A DNA stretch of 64,000 nt from Armatimonadota bacterium (GCA_037445735.1 JBBIJY010000015.1:1-64000); one strand, 5' to 3'; positions 37,269 through 48,190 are shown, counted from the stretch's first letter. The notes: a model not told the origin generated them from the sequence alone. Numbers and translations: made by a program.

Positions 37269-40034
37269 ATGGCACAGCGCATACTCAAACTGAACGATCT
37301 GATAGCGGTGCTGATGGTTATCAGCTGCACCTCTGTATGTGTATGGGGTCAGACGATAGCGTGTGGCTATCGCGTCGGGATTACTGCGGCAGGAGATTAT
37401 GTGAATGTGCGCTCCGCGCCTTGCGGCTCCATTTTGGGTCAGATACGGGCTGGTAATGAAGGTCAGGTTGCCTCCTCTTCCTGCTCGGGCACAGGCTCCT
37501 GTTCATCGTATACATTCTGGAATGTTCTGCCTCACGGTTGGATCGCCGCTGGACCAAGTAGTGCGCCCTGGCTGGTGGCTATGCCGGGAGAGGGCTACTA
37601 CCCTAATGTAAGAAACACCAATGGAGCCTATCCAGTGCGTGTTTACAATGACTCTGGCAACTTGTTGCGTTGGCGACTTGGTCCTGGTACCAACTATCCC
37701 GAACTCGGTTCACCTAAAAGTGTGGGGACTACAGGAACAGCATACGCTGTCCGCGTCCGAACGGATGAACAACTGGTCTGGTGGCGGATTCGCTGGTCCG
37801 ATGGTACCATCGGCTGGTCTGCCGATTCTCAAGTACCCTATGGAGTCTATCTGGTTCGAACGGGTTCGCCTTCATCCTTTAGCGTTGTATCCTTGCGCAT
37901 AGAATCGATGGGGGCATCTTCCGTAGGGATAGAGGTGCGTGTTCCTGATCTGGACGCGGTGGTTCCTCCGAACTATACTGTGTACACAACCACAACGCTC
38001 CGCTATGTGTATGGGGATACGGTGCGCCTGATTGCGCCTGCCTCTGCAGGGGGCTACAGTTTCCGAGAATGGCGGCGGAATGGCTCGTCCTACTCTACGA
38101 ATAGAGACATAACTTTTAGCATATACTCCAACGATACTTTCACAGCCGTCTATGCACCTCCCTCTTACACCATCAGCATTCAATCTTCTAATCCGAGCAG
38201 TGGTGTCTCGATCGTGGTTTCGCCCCCTGATAACAACGGGCAGTCAAATGGCACAACGCCCTTCTCACGCACTTATAATCAGGGGGCGAGCGTCACTCTG
38301 ACAGCACCTGATACCGCGCCAAACGGTAATCGGTTCCAAGAGTGGCGGCGCAATAACTCGTTTTACTCCAGCAGTCGTACTACTTCCTTCACGGTGAATG
38401 CCAACGATACCTTCACAGCCGTTTACGCTTCACCACAGATACAAATCCAGCTCAGCGGGGAAAGCATCGATTTTTGCGACATCTGGAATCTCACAACGGC
38501 AGAACGATCGCTTACAATCACTAACTCCAGTTCAAGCACAGCCAATCTAAACATCACCGTGGGATCGCTTTCGGCACCCTTTAGCGTGGTCAGTGGACAG
38601 GGAAGCTATACATTGAGCCCGGGTCAGAGCCACACAGTGCGAGTTCGATTCGCCCCCCAGAACCTGGGCAGCTACTCTGCCAACCTTACCATTACCCACA
38701 ACGCTACCAACAGGGCATCTCCGATTAACATTCCAGTTAGTGGGCATTCCTGCAGCGGTGAAATCGAGATTCGCAATTCTTCGGGTCAGCGCATTACGAG
38801 TCTGTCCTTCAAAGCAAATGTTGGTTCATCTCGTGAACAGACCGTCTACGCGATTAACACCGCTGCTTCGGGAAGCAGATGCACACTCAATGTCTCTGCA
38901 TCGATTGTGAATAATGATGGATCGTTCTCGGTCTCTCCGACTTCATTTACCCTAACCAGTAGCGGGCAGCAGCTGGTGATTCGTTTCCAGCCCACCAGCA
39001 GTGGTACTCGCCAAGCGCAACTACGCCTTCGATATTCGCTCTGTGGCGATCCCTCTGCACAACGAGAGGTTAGCATCACTTTGACGGGTTCGGCGTTAGG
39101 AGGTGGTAGCTCACAATCCACAGAGGCAGAATTTCTGCGCAATCTGGTAGCGCCGTGGCGGCAGGGGCAATACTGGAGACCATCGACATACAGTGGTCAT
39201 CCGCCTGGAGGTACCCTCTTTGCTGTGGACTTCAATAAAGTTGTGGATCGAACCCAAAGCTGTCCATACGCAAGCGGTGTCCTGAATGACTGCGACGAGG
39301 TGGTGGTCGCCTCCCACGCAGGAACCGCTTACCACCGCACCCAGAGTGGTTGCTCCGGCTACGGCAACTATGTGGTCGTGGTGAGCAATGTGCGAGTCCC
39401 AGCAACCTCCAGCACCTATCTGGCGACCCTCTATGCACATCTGAACTATTTCCTGAAAGACAACGGCGCGCCAGTGTCAGTAGGTCAGCCGATTGCTCGG
39501 GTGGGTGCCACAGGCACTGCTACATGTTCCCACCTGCACTATGAGATTCTGGAGGTGACGGTGTCGGGCAGCACGCTGACGCTGGGGACACGGCGTCAGG
39601 TGCTGAACAACGACACCATTCGGCTCAGCGGTCAGCCCCTGCAGGTGGATTTGAACTGCAGGGTTTACCTTAACGAAAGGGATTATATCTATGTGGGTCC
39701 GCCGATTCTGGGCACAGCAAGTGTGGACAGTATTCCGGGGAATATAGTGGGAACTTGCTCACCGACATGCGGCAACCAATGTGGTAACTTCCTTTGGTCG
39801 TCCGAAGAGGTGCCGGGACGTTGTATTCCGCACGAGTTACCTTCGGTCATCTACTTGACAGATGTGAACGGCGACGGCTGTGTGGATGATGCGGATCTGC
39901 TGGAGGTGCTGCAGGTAAGGGGTGCAGATGTATCTGAGCTCCCCAGTAGGGCAGCCGATGTGAACTGGGATGGCGTGGTAGACGAGACCGACCTGCTGAT
40001 GGTGTTGATGGACATGGGTAATTGTTCCTACTGA
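37269..40034 (+). CDS. Secreted multidomain M23 peptidase with SH3-like, Ig-like repeats and dockerin-like tail
   Basis: VNVRSAP and LRWRLGPGTNY..WWRI..GW (SH3b); two V.L.AP..F.EW..DTFTAVY repeats; ASH-like Ig domains; GYGNYVVV, TLYAHL, VGATG..SHLHYE; DVNGDGCVDDADLL. Confidence 0.82.
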   Translation: MAQRILKLNDLIAVLMVISCTSVCVWGQTIACGYRVGITAAGDYVNVRSAPCGSILGQIRAGNEGQVASSSCSGTGSCSSYTFWNVLPHGWIAAGPSSAPWLVAMPGEGYYPNVRNTNGAYPVRVYNDSGNLLRWRLGPGTNYPELGSPKSVGTTGTAYAVRVRTDEQLVWWRIRWSDGTIGWSADSQVPYGVYLVRTGSPSSFSVVSLRIESMGASSVGIEVRVPDLDAVVPPNYTVYTTTTLRYVYGDTVRLIAPASAGGYSFREWRRNGSSYSTNRDITFSIYSNDTFTAVYAPPSYTISIQSSNPSSGVSIVVSPPDNNGQSNGTTPFSRTYNQGASVTLTAPDTAPNGNRFQEWRRNNSFYSSSRTTSFTVNANDTFTAVYASPQIQIQLSGESIDFCDIWNLTTAERSLTITNSSSSTANLNITVGSLSAPFSVVSGQGSYTLSPGQSHTVRVRFAPQNLGSYSANLTITHNATNRASPINIPVSGHSCSGEIEIRNSSGQRITSLSFKANVGSSREQTVYAINTAASGSRCTLNVSASIVNNDGSFSVSPTSFTLTSSGQQLVIRFQPTSSGTRQAQLRLRYSLCGDPSAQREVSITLTGSALGGGSSQSTEAEFLRNLVAPWRQGQYWRPSTYSGHPPGGTLFAVDFNKVVDRTQSCPYASGVLNDCDEVVVASHAGTAYHRTQSGCSGYGNYVVVVSNVRVPATSSTYLATLYAHLNYFLKDNGAPVSVGQPIARVGATGTATCSHLHYEILEVTVSGSTLTLGTRRQVLNNDTIRLSGQPLQVDLNCRVYLNERDYIYVGPPILGTASVDSIPGNIVGTCSPTCGNQCGNFLWSSEEVPGRCIPHELPSVIYLTDVNGDGCVDDADLLEVLQVRGADVSELPSRAADVNWDGVVDETDLLMVLMDMGNCSY

Positions 40035-40157
40035 GTTAATCTCAGGGGCTACCAACCGGGTTGCATCAGGAGACAGAGTCGGGAGTCTGTTGCGTTCGGT
40101 TCTCTCCGAATGGTCGCTACCTCGTCTCAGGGATGTGAATGAGCGCGGGCAGCTGGG

Positions 40158-40964
40158 TCAGGGAGAAGAGCGGCTTACTTCGGCGGTGGCAATCTCGGTC
40201 GGGCGGACGCCAAAGTGCGCGGCAGCTGAACCCTGATTGAGCGCAATCTCCAGATGACCGCTGCTGCCAAAGTATGCCACCGGCTCGCCCACCGCCACCT
40301 CGCCAAAGGTGCGCCGCAAAGGAATCGGCACACCCCTGAACCGAATCGTCACCTCGCCATCGCCCGATAACCACGCGCGGAACTGACGCTCCGACAAATC
40401 GAAAATCAGGTTGCCGAAGCCGTCGATGTGCAGCAGGTGCGTGCGGATGCCATCGGGCGATATTTCGGGGTCGATCGAGTCCAGTTGATGCAACGAGGCG
40501 GGGTCTATTGGCGTGCCGAGCTGCTCCAGCGGCGTGCCGTTGCACAGGTGCGCGGCGACGGGCGCGAACAGGTCGCGCCCGTGAAAGGTGGCGCTCAGTT
40601 CGGGCAGGAAGTAGCGCGGGTTGTCCAGCACGACCGCTCGCTGGAACGGGTCGATGCGCATCGCCAGCGACAGCAGCCCGTTATCGGGCGCGATATAGCG
40701 ATGGCGCGACGCCTGCACCGCGACCGCCCGCCGCGCCGTGCCGACGCCCGGATCCACCACCGCGACGATATGCGTGCCGTCAGGCAGGTGCGGGATGGCG
40801 GTCATCAGCAGGTACGCGCCGCTGCGCCGATTGCCCGCGGGGATGCCATGCGTCAAATCGAGCAGGCGCGCCTGCGGCGCCCGCTGCATCAGCACCGCCT
40901 TCAGCTGACCCACATAGGTGTCGGTGTAGCCGTAGTCGGTCAGCAGCGCGATAATCCCGCTCAC
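40158..40964 (-). CDS. SAM hydroxide adenosyltransferase / chlorinase-fluorinase family (DUF62)
   Basis: LLTDYG..D.YVG, VAVVDPGVGTARR, APDNGLL, SATFHGRDLFAP, IDGFGN. Confidence 0.93.
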   Translation of the reverse strand: MSGIIALLTDYGYTDTYVGQLKAVLMQRAPQARLLDLTHGIPAGNRRSGAYLLMTAIPHLPDGTHIVAVVDPGVGTARRAVAVQASRHRYIAPDNGLLSLAMRIDPFQRAVVLDNPRYFLPELSATFHGRDLFAPVAAHLCNGTPLEQLGTPIDPASLHQLDSIDPEISPDGIRTHLLHIDGFGNLIFDLSERQFRAWLSGDGEVTIRFRGVPIPLRRTFGEVAVGEPVAYFGSSGHLEIALNQGSAAAHFGVRPTEIATAEVSRSSP

Positions 40965-41407
40965 AGGTTCGCCTCCTCCAGCAGCGCGTGGCAGCAGTCG
41001 ACCAGCCGGATTGTGCCCACGAACCGCCCTTCGCCCGTCACGGGCAGGGTGTCCAGCCCGTGCGTGTGCATCAGCGCGACCGCCTGCTCAATCGGCGCGC
41101 GCTCGTCGATTGCAGGTGGGTTCGCCAGCATCCAGTCGGTGATGGGCGTCCGGGCGTAAGCCCGTGCTTCAGGACGCAGGGCGTTCAGCGTCGGCAGCGG
41201 CTGACCGCTCCCGTACGCGCTCAAAAAGCGTTCGAACAGCCGCTCGAACAGCTGGCGCTCCGTGACGATGCCCTGCAGCACGCCCTCGCCATCCAGCACG
41301 GGCAGCAGCGTGACCTGATAGAGGTCTAACTTGTCCACCGCGTCCTGCAGGGTGGCGTCGGTGCGCAGGGTGGGCGCGTGCGTGTTGATGAACTCCAGCA
41401 CTCTCAT
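40961..41407 (-). CDS. CBS domain protein
   Basis: Two CBS repeats LPVLD..GIVT and LPV..VGTI. Confidence 0.85.
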   Translation of the reverse strand: MRVLEFINTHAPTLRTDATLQDAVDKLDLYQVTLLPVLDGEGVLQGIVTERQLFERLFERFLSAYGSGQPLPTLNALRPEARAYARTPITDWMLANPPAIDERAPIEQAVALMHTHGLDTLPVTGEGRFVGTIRLVDCCHALLEEANL

Positions 41408-42543
41408 GATGGCAGACGGTTCACCTCGCGAATGATTGCCAGCGTGAGATCGACGCTGCGGGAGAGATTGTCGATACGCACGAACTCCTCGTGGGTATGC
41501 ACTTTTTCCATCGCGGTGCCGACCACGCAGCAGGGCAGTCCGCGCGCGATGAAGATGTTCGCGTCGGAGCCGCCGCCCGTGGGTCGCATGGGGGCTTCCA
41601 GCCCGATGGCGTGAGCGGCAGACCGCACGATGCGCACGGGCAGGTCGTTCTCCGTGAGCTGGTAGCCCACATAGTGGCGCTCCACCTGAATCTCGGCGTC
41701 GCCGCCCCGCTCACGCGCCGCCTGCTCGAAGCACTCGATCATATGGGCGATCTGCGCGTCCACTTTGGCGATGGTGCGGCTGCGGGCTTCGGCGCGGATG
41801 CGCACTTCGGGGCAGACGATGTTGGTGGCGTGCCCGCCCTGAATCGCGCCGATGTTGGCGGTGGTCTCCTCGTCGATGCGTCCCAGCCGCATGCGGGCGA
41901 TGGCGTGCGCGGCGATTTCAATCGCGCTGATGCCCTTCTCTGGCTCCACGCCCGCGTGCGCGGGCTTGCCGATGAGGCGCACCTCCATCGTGTCGTGCGT
42001 GGGCGTCTGCGACACAATCGCGCCCACCGGCGGTCCCGAATCGTACACGAAGCCGAAGTCGCTCTCCACCAGGCTCATATCGAGCGCGCGGGCGCCCTTC
42101 AGCCCGATCTCCTCGCACACGGTCAACAGCAGTTGAATCTGCCCGTGCGGGAGGTTGTTCTCCACCACGATTCGGATGGCTTCCAGGATCGCGCTCAGTC
42201 CCGCCTTGTCGTCCGCGCCCAGAATGGTGCTGCCATCGGTGCGGATGATGTCGCCTTCGATAATAATCTTCACATTCGGGTTCGGCTCGACGGTGTCGAG
42301 GTGGGCGCTGAAGAAGATTCGGGGCGCGCTGGAGATATTGGCGGGCAGGGTGGCGATGAGGTTGTTCGCGTTGCCGTTGACGACCTGCGCGGCGTTATCT
42401 TCACGCACTTCCAGCCCCAGCCCGCGCAGGAAGCCCTTCACATACTCAGCCACCTCCCGCTCCTGACGCGAGGGCGAATTGATGCTGCAGAGCGTGGTGA
42501 ACAGCTCCACCAGACGGTCCGATTGCACGCCAAGCGGCTCCAT
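41404..42543 (-). CDS. M20 family peptidase (peptidase T-like)
   Basis: FSAHLDTV, LGADDKAG, CEEIGL, GGSDAN, VHTHEE; start could extend to 42639. Confidence 0.9.
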   Translation of the reverse strand: MEPLGVQSDRLVELFTTLCSINSPSRQEREVAEYVKGFLRGLGLEVREDNAAQVVNGNANNLIATLPANISSAPRIFFSAHLDTVEPNPNVKIIIEGDIIRTDGSTILGADDKAGLSAILEAIRIVVENNLPHGQIQLLLTVCEEIGLKGARALDMSLVESDFGFVYDSGPPVGAIVSQTPTHDTMEVRLIGKPAHAGVEPEKGISAIEIAAHAIARMRLGRIDEETTANIGAIQGGHATNIVCPEVRIRAEARSRTIAKVDAQIAHMIECFEQAARERGGDAEIQVERHYVGYQLTENDLPVRIVRSAAHAIGLEAPMRPTGGGSDANIFIARGLPCCVVGTAMEKVHTHEEFVRIDNLSRSVDLTLAIIREVNRLPS

Positions 42544-42638
42544 AGCGGGGGTTCGATTCGCGCTGGCTGGCTCTCTTCCTGCTGCCCGCAGATTTTTTAT
42601 GATGCCGCTCTCCTTTTGGGGAGCAGGGACGGGGTACA

Positions 42639-43946
42639 TCAGCTCTTGCTGGAGTCTATGCCTGAATGGGATGGATGGGTTTCATAACAGTAGAGGATGA
42701 GCCGCGCGCGCCGATTGCGCGTGAAGTAGTTCCATGCCCACTGGATCAGCACGAGCAGTTTGTTCTCGAAGCCGACCAGATAGAGCAGATGCACAAAGAG
42801 CCACGCCAGCCACGCGATGAAGCCCGTCAGGTGCAGTTTGCCGATTTTGGCGACGGCGGCTTTGCGCCCGATGACCGCCATATCGCCTTTGTCCCGATAG
42901 CGGAAGGGCGGCGGGGTTCGTCCACGCAGGCGGTCACGGATCACTCGCGCCACATAGACACCCTCCTGCATGGCGACGGGCGCCACGCCGGGCAGGGGCG
43001 CGCCCGTCTGATGCGCATAATGGGCGAGGTCGCCTATCACGAACAGGTTCGGATAGCCGGGCACCGACAGGTCGGGATTGACAATGATGCGTCCGCCTTT
43101 ATCGGTGGGCAGGCTGGCGCGGTCGGCAAGCCGTTCAGCGAGCGGCACGGAGCGCACGCCCGCCGCCCACAGCACCGTTCGCGCCCGCACCTGCACCGCT
43201 TCGCCCTGATAGGTGTATTGCACGCCCTCTTCGCCCACATGGGTCACCATTGCGCCCGTCTGTACCTCGACGCCGAGCCGCTGGAGCGACCGTCGCGCGG
43301 TCTTGCTCAGGTTCGGTGGGTAGGCTGGTAGCAGGCGGGGTCCACCTTCAAGCAGCAGGAGTCGCGCGGAGGCGGGGTCAAACTGGCGGTACTCGCCGCG
43401 CACGGTGACGCGCACCAGCTCCGCCAGCGCGCCCGCCAGCTCGACGCCCGTCGGACCGCCACCCACAATCACAAAGGTGAGCCACTCCTGCTGGCGTTGC
43501 GGGTCGGTTTCACGCTCCGCATGCTCCAGCGCCAGCAACACACGCCGCCGGATCTCCTGCGCGTCCTCGATGGTCTTCAGTCCTGGTGCATAGCGACCCC
43601 ACTCCTCGTGCCCGAAGTGGTGATAGGTGGAGCCAGCTGCCAGGATCAGGTAGTCATAGGTGAGGGGTTCGCCCTCGCGCAGATAGACCGTCTGCGTCTG
43701 CGGGTCGATGTCCACCACTTCGGCATTCAGCACGCGCGTGTTGCGCTGGCGTTTGAGCAGGGCGCGGATAGGCGCGGCAATCTCCGCGGGACCCAGCCCG
43801 CCCGTCGCCACCTGATAGAGAAGCGGCTGGAACAGGTGGAAGTTACGCTTATCGATGAGCGTCACATTCACGGACGCGTTGCGCAGCCCCTTCGCTGCCT
43901 GCAAGCCGCCAAAACCGCCACCCACAATCACCACATGGGGTCTCAT
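42639..43946 (-). CDS. ndh: Type II NADH dehydrogenase
   Basis: IVGGGFGGL, FQPLLYQVATG, IVGGGPTGVELAG, WAAG, APVAMQEG, YRDKGDMA. Confidence 0.92.
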   Translation of the reverse strand: MRPHVVIVGGGFGGLQAAKGLRNASVNVTLIDKRNFHLFQPLLYQVATGGLGPAEIAAPIRALLKRQRNTRVLNAEVVDIDPQTQTVYLREGEPLTYDYLILAAGSTYHHFGHEEWGRYAPGLKTIEDAQEIRRRVLLALEHAERETDPQRQQEWLTFVIVGGGPTGVELAGALAELVRVTVRGEYRQFDPASARLLLLEGGPRLLPAYPPNLSKTARRSLQRLGVEVQTGAMVTHVGEEGVQYTYQGEAVQVRARTVLWAAGVRSVPLAERLADRASLPTDKGGRIIVNPDLSVPGYPNLFVIGDLAHYAHQTGAPLPGVAPVAMQEGVYVARVIRDRLRGRTPPPFRYRDKGDMAVIGRKAAVAKIGKLHLTGFIAWLAWLFVHLLYLVGFENKLLVLIQWAWNYFTRNRRARLILYCYETHPSHSGIDSSKS

Positions 43947-46900
43947 GGCTTCTCCGATCGGGTGGGCTTGCCCGCGGGCACTTTCACCTTGAGTTCCTGC
44001 TCGGTGCTCTTGCCTGCCGCGTTGAAGGCTTTGATGGTCAGCGTGTGGTCGCCCGGTTCGAGCGGCTCGGTGCGGATGCGGAACGGCTCGAAGGCGGTGT
44101 CGAACAGCCCGTTGAGGGCTTCCGCGCTGCGCCATTCGCCCTTATCGATGCGATATTGCACGCCCACAATCGGCACGCTGTTGCGCGGCGTGCGTTGTTT
44201 CGCCTGGCTGGAGCCGCCCGATTTGCCCGTCGCGCCCGCTGAACCGGCTCGATCGGCACTGAAGAGCTGTAAGGCGTAGCCGCTGAGTTCCACAGTGCGG
44301 TCATCGTTCACTCTGGGGCTGCTCTGGCGAACGGAGAGCACAGGAGGCGCGTTGCAGATAATAACGGGCACAGGCTCGGTGTAGACTTCGGCGTAGTCGG
44401 TGGGCGAGGCGGGACGGTCGCTCGCTTTGACGCGCAGCAGGTAGATGCCGTCGGGCGTGCGGGTGGTGTCCCACTCCATCTGGCGCGGGGCGGCGGGCGG
44501 TTCAGCAGGCGCGGTGGGCGTCGGTGGCGCGGGCGCAGACGGCAGCTGTTTCATCGCCTCGCGCATCTGCTGAATAAGTTGCGGCGCCTGCTGCTCGATC
44601 TGCTGGCGCACTTCGGGCGGGATGTCAGGCGAACTTTGCAACGCCTGCTGAAGGTCAGCCATCATCTGCGCTTCGTCGGGCAGCTCTGGCGGGACGGCTT
44701 GACGCCCTTCGACAGGCTGGCTCTCTTTGAGCGTCTGCCAGCTTTTGCCGCCATCGCTGGAGAGTTGCACCTCGAACTGCAGGGTGTCGCCGTCGGAGTC
44801 GCGCGCCGACCAGCGAATGGTCTGCTTACCGCTCCATGCGGTGTTCGCTCTGGGCACGAGCAGCTGGATCTCGGGCGGGCGGTTGGCGGGCAGATAGGTG
44901 AGCGTGAGGGCGCGGACGCTGGGTGCGGACTTGCCCGTCAGTTTCACGCGCACCTGCAGGAATCGCGCGGGCGGGCTGAGAATCGGGCTGCCTTCGGGAT
45001 TGGTACCGGGTGCGGACCATGCGCTCCAGCTCTCGTCTGGCTCGCGCGTATTGCCGGAGCGGGTCTGAATCTCCACCTGAGCGCCGTCGGGCACGCTCGC
45101 GCTCCAGCGCAGAACGCCCCAGCGTGCGACCTGACCCGCGTCCAGCACGGGCGAGAGATAGACGCCCTCCGATTGCCCCGCCAGTTGCCACAGCTGTGCC
45201 TGCTCCGCCGAAGCCAGCACGAGCGCGGACGCCGAATCGCTGCCCGTGAGAGCGACCAGCTCGAGCGGCTGACGCATGCAGAGGACAGGTCTGGGCTCGC
45301 TCTCACCTTTGCAGGCTACAGCGAGCAGGCTGTCGTCGCTGAGCGCATAGAGCATGTCGCCCACGACCTGCATCGCACGGATGTTCAGTCGCCCATGCCG
45401 ATGGAGCGGCTGGAGCATGCCCTGGGGCGAGAGCCGATAGAGGTTGCCCGACGGCATCGTGCCAATATAAAGGTTGCCCTGCGCGTCGCAGGCGAGCGCG
45501 CTGACCGTCGGCTCACGCAAATCGGCGACAGTGTTCGGGATGCCGATGGGTGACAGGCGATACACCAGCCCGCGCTCCGAACTGCCCACATAGAGGTTGC
45601 CCGCAGAGTCGCGAGCGAGCGCGGTGAAGTGGGCTTCGTCGGAGCGCATCAGCTCGCGCAGGGTGCGACCATCCCACCTCAGCAGGCGGGCAGGCACGCC
45701 CGTCGCGATATACACGCCCTGCTCGGTGGCAAGCAGCGCATTGATGTAGCGTGCGCCTGTGTGAACCAGCATCTGCAGGTTGCCATCCCTGAGCCGATGG
45801 AGCGTGCCTTCGGGCGAGACGCCAATATAGAGGCTGCCATCGGGCGCCAGCGTGAGCGCGGTCGCCATCAAGCCGGGCAGGTTTAGCGTGCGCTGAATGC
45901 TGCCGTCGGGGTTGACCACCTTCAGCTGGGCGGGCATGCCACCGCCCGCATAGAGATTGCCCCGCGAATCGCGAGCGAGGCACCAGATGTAGTCCAGATC
46001 GAGGCGGGCGAGCGGTTCAGGGCGGCGACTCAACTGCAGTGTGCCATCTGCCCCGACTGCGACGCCCTGCATCTTGCCGCGACTGAGCGTGCGATAGTCG
46101 CTCAGATCCCAGCGTTTGGGCGCACGGCTGACAGGCTTCTCGCGCGGGCGCCGTGCCTCCGACGGCGGCTGACCCGGCGGCGTCGGTGGAACCTCCTCGT
46201 CCAGCACGGCGGTCGCCTCCACATCGGACGGAACAGGCAGCCCATAATCCATCCCTATCTCGTCACCTTCCTCCCCTGATGGCTCAGTGGGTGGCGAAGG
46301 TGGCACGAAGCCGCCTGCAGGAGGCGGCACGGGCAAGCCAAACAGGCGCCCTTCACCCTCTTCCGGCGGCAGAACGGTCAGAAACAGCATCTGACTGCCC
46401 TGCAGAACCCAGTCGGTGGCGCGAATCTGCTTAATCTGATCGGGTTCAGGCTGGATGCCGGAGGCACGAGGTGTGGTGAGGATGTCGCGCAGGATGGGCG
46501 GCAGCTGATAGAGCGGCTCGCCGCGCACGGTGGCGCCCATCGCCTGCATGGTGAGCGTGGTGACGAGCTGATGGTTGCGCTCGCGCCGCTGGAACTCGCG
46601 CAGGAGCTGCTCGGTGCTGGGTGTACCCCCACCACCCCCCATCAGGATACGGAACAGCCCCGCAGGAATGCCACCTGGCACACCGCCACCTTCGCCGCCG
46701 CCCGACACCTGCAGGCTATAGCGCCCGGGCGTCGCATCGTACGGAATGCGGAAGGTGAACTCAATCGGTGCCAGTGCGGAAGACGACGCGGCGGGGCGTA
46801 CCCACACCGTCGCGCGAACCTGATCGCCAGGGCGATACGCGCCTTTATCTGTCGTGACGCGCTCAATAAACGCCGTCTGGCGACCAGGTTGAATAATCAC

Positions 46901-48190
46901 CTCCATCTCCAGCGATTCGAGTTCTGCCCTGCGGTCGGGCGCGCTCTGCAGCAGTCCCAGCACATACTCTAAATCTTGCAGCACAACGGGCTCAATTCCC
47001 GCCTCGCTGAAGACGCGGTTCTCGTAGCGAATCTCGCCGTAGGGACTGGTTTTGAGTGTCCAGCGCACGGTCGCGGTGGCGTCGCTCACCGCGAAGTAGA
47101 CCCGCCCGATGAACTCGAAGGCGGCGATATCGATCAGTATCGGGGTCAGCATCGGGTGGCGGAACAGCTCACAGCGATAGGTGCGCGTGACGCCCGTTTG
47201 CGCGTTCGTGATGCGCATCTGCATGGGCATCATGCGCGCGCTCGCCCCGATTCGACCCGCGATAGCAAACGCGCCATCGTGATAGATGACGCCCAGCGTC
47301 TGTGCCCGATTGCCCAGCTTGAAGGAGGCATAATACGAGGGGAACACATCCACGATCTCGGCGGCGGTCATGGGTATCTGCACCTCGCCCGCGCCCAGAA
47401 ACGGATGCCCGAACGCCAGAATCGAGTCGCCCTTGCGATAGGTGAGGGTGCCAATCGCGGTGAAGTCCAGATCGCCAGTGGCGAGCGCGCCGCCGACCGC
47501 TGCGCCCGGCTCAAACCGCACTTTGATGGGCTTGCCCGCGCCACCCGGCGCCATGACAGGACTCAGCCCGAACGGCTCGATCTTCTGGCGCAGCCGTTCC
47601 AGCCCGCGCGCCGAGACGCCGCTGACCATCAGGGGTGTCATCAGCGGGCGCGCCCACGCCAGATTCGGCGCACCCGGCGGCTGGAAGCCAATATAGATTC
47701 CCGCGTACTGTCGCCCCGCGATGCGAATCGGGCGGTTCACCACACGCGGCGCCGTCGGCTGAACTGCTCGCTGCGCCAGACGCGGGTCAAAAGTGGTGAG
47801 CATATCTTCCAGCGGGGTCACCAGCGCGTGTGGCTCGCGCGGAAAGGCGAACCCATAGGCAATCGCGCCCACAATCCTGCCGTTCACAAACACGGGGCTG
47901 CCGCTCATGCCCGCGATAATGTTCGCCTGACGATTGGTAATCGCGCCGCCCTTCATCTTGATCAGCACCAGCGGTCGCCCGAAGTTCGCGTTCTGCAGCA
48001 CGCCCACAATCTCCACATCGAACCGTTCGATCTGCACGCCCCTGAACACGGTCAGCCCGTAGCCCTTCATGCCGGGCTTCAGCTGGGAGACGGGGAATGC
48101 GTCGCGCAGCATCGAGGCGACATCGGGCGCCTGCGCCCGCAGAGCCATACACAGCAGTCCGATACCCAACCAGCTCATCAGCGTTCTCAT
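43943..48190 (-). CDS. Large secreted SpoIVB (S55) peptidase fused to beta-propeller and Ig-like domains
   Basis: LKPGMKGYGLTVF, AGMSGSPV, AFGHPF; repeated LARDS.GNLY.G units; TRSGNT..PDESWS.W. Confidence 0.85.
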   Translation of the reverse strand: MRTLMSWLGIGLLCMALRAQAPDVASMLRDAFPVSQLKPGMKGYGLTVFRGVQIERFDVEIVGVLQNANFGRPLVLIKMKGGAITNRQANIIAGMSGSPVFVNGRIVGAIAYGFAFPREPHALVTPLEDMLTTFDPRLAQRAVQPTAPRVVNRPIRIAGRQYAGIYIGFQPPGAPNLAWARPLMTPLMVSGVSARGLERLRQKIEPFGLSPVMAPGGAGKPIKVRFEPGAAVGGALATGDLDFTAIGTLTYRKGDSILAFGHPFLGAGEVQIPMTAAEIVDVFPSYYASFKLGNRAQTLGVIYHDGAFAIAGRIGASARMMPMQMRITNAQTGVTRTYRCELFRHPMLTPILIDIAAFEFIGRVYFAVSDATATVRWTLKTSPYGEIRYENRVFSEAGIEPVVLQDLEYVLGLLQSAPDRRAELESLEMEVIIQPGRQTAFIERVTTDKGAYRPGDQVRATVWVRPAASSSALAPIEFTFRIPYDATPGRYSLQVSGGGEGGGVPGGIPAGLFRILMGGGGGTPSTEQLLREFQRRERNHQLVTTLTMQAMGATVRGEPLYQLPPILRDILTTPRASGIQPEPDQIKQIRATDWVLQGSQMLFLTVLPPEEGEGRLFGLPVPPPAGGFVPPSPPTEPSGEEGDEIGMDYGLPVPSDVEATAVLDEEVPPTPPGQPPSEARRPREKPVSRAPKRWDLSDYRTLSRGKMQGVAVGADGTLQLSRRPEPLARLDLDYIWCLARDSRGNLYAGGGMPAQLKVVNPDGSIQRTLNLPGLMATALTLAPDGSLYIGVSPEGTLHRLRDGNLQMLVHTGARYINALLATEQGVYIATGVPARLLRWDGRTLRELMRSDEAHFTALARDSAGNLYVGSSERGLVYRLSPIGIPNTVADLREPTVSALACDAQGNLYIGTMPSGNLYRLSPQGMLQPLHRHGRLNIRAMQVVGDMLYALSDDSLLAVACKGESEPRPVLCMRQPLELVALTGSDSASALVLASAEQAQLWQLAGQSEGVYLSPVLDAGQVARWGVLRWSASVPDGAQVEIQTRSGNTREPDESWSAWSAPGTNPEGSPILSPPARFLQVRVKLTGKSAPSVRALTLTYLPANRPPEIQLLVPRANTAWSGKQTIRWSARDSDGDTLQFEVQLSSDGGKSWQTLKESQPVEGRQAVPPELPDEAQMMADLQQALQSSPDIPPEVRQQIEQQAPQLIQQMREAMKQLPSAPAPPTPTAPAEPPAAPRQMEWDTTRTPDGIYLLRVKASDRPASPTDYAEVYTEPVPVIICNAPPVLSVRQSSPRVNDDRTVELSGYALQLFSADRAGSAGATGKSGGSSQAKQRTPRNSVPIVGVQYRIDKGEWRSAEALNGLFDTAFEPFRIRTEPLEPGDHTLTIKAFNAAGKSTEQELKVKVPAGKPTRSEKP

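Noticed and set aside
40158-40964. Halogenase (fluorinase/chlorinase) biosynthetic cluster
   Set aside because: Housekeeping context; the widespread DUF62 SAM hydrolase is the simpler call
43946-44050. Rex box ahead of ndh
   Set aside because: ndh start overlaps the upstream stop and no TTGTGAA/TTCACAA match was seen there or at 48826..48878
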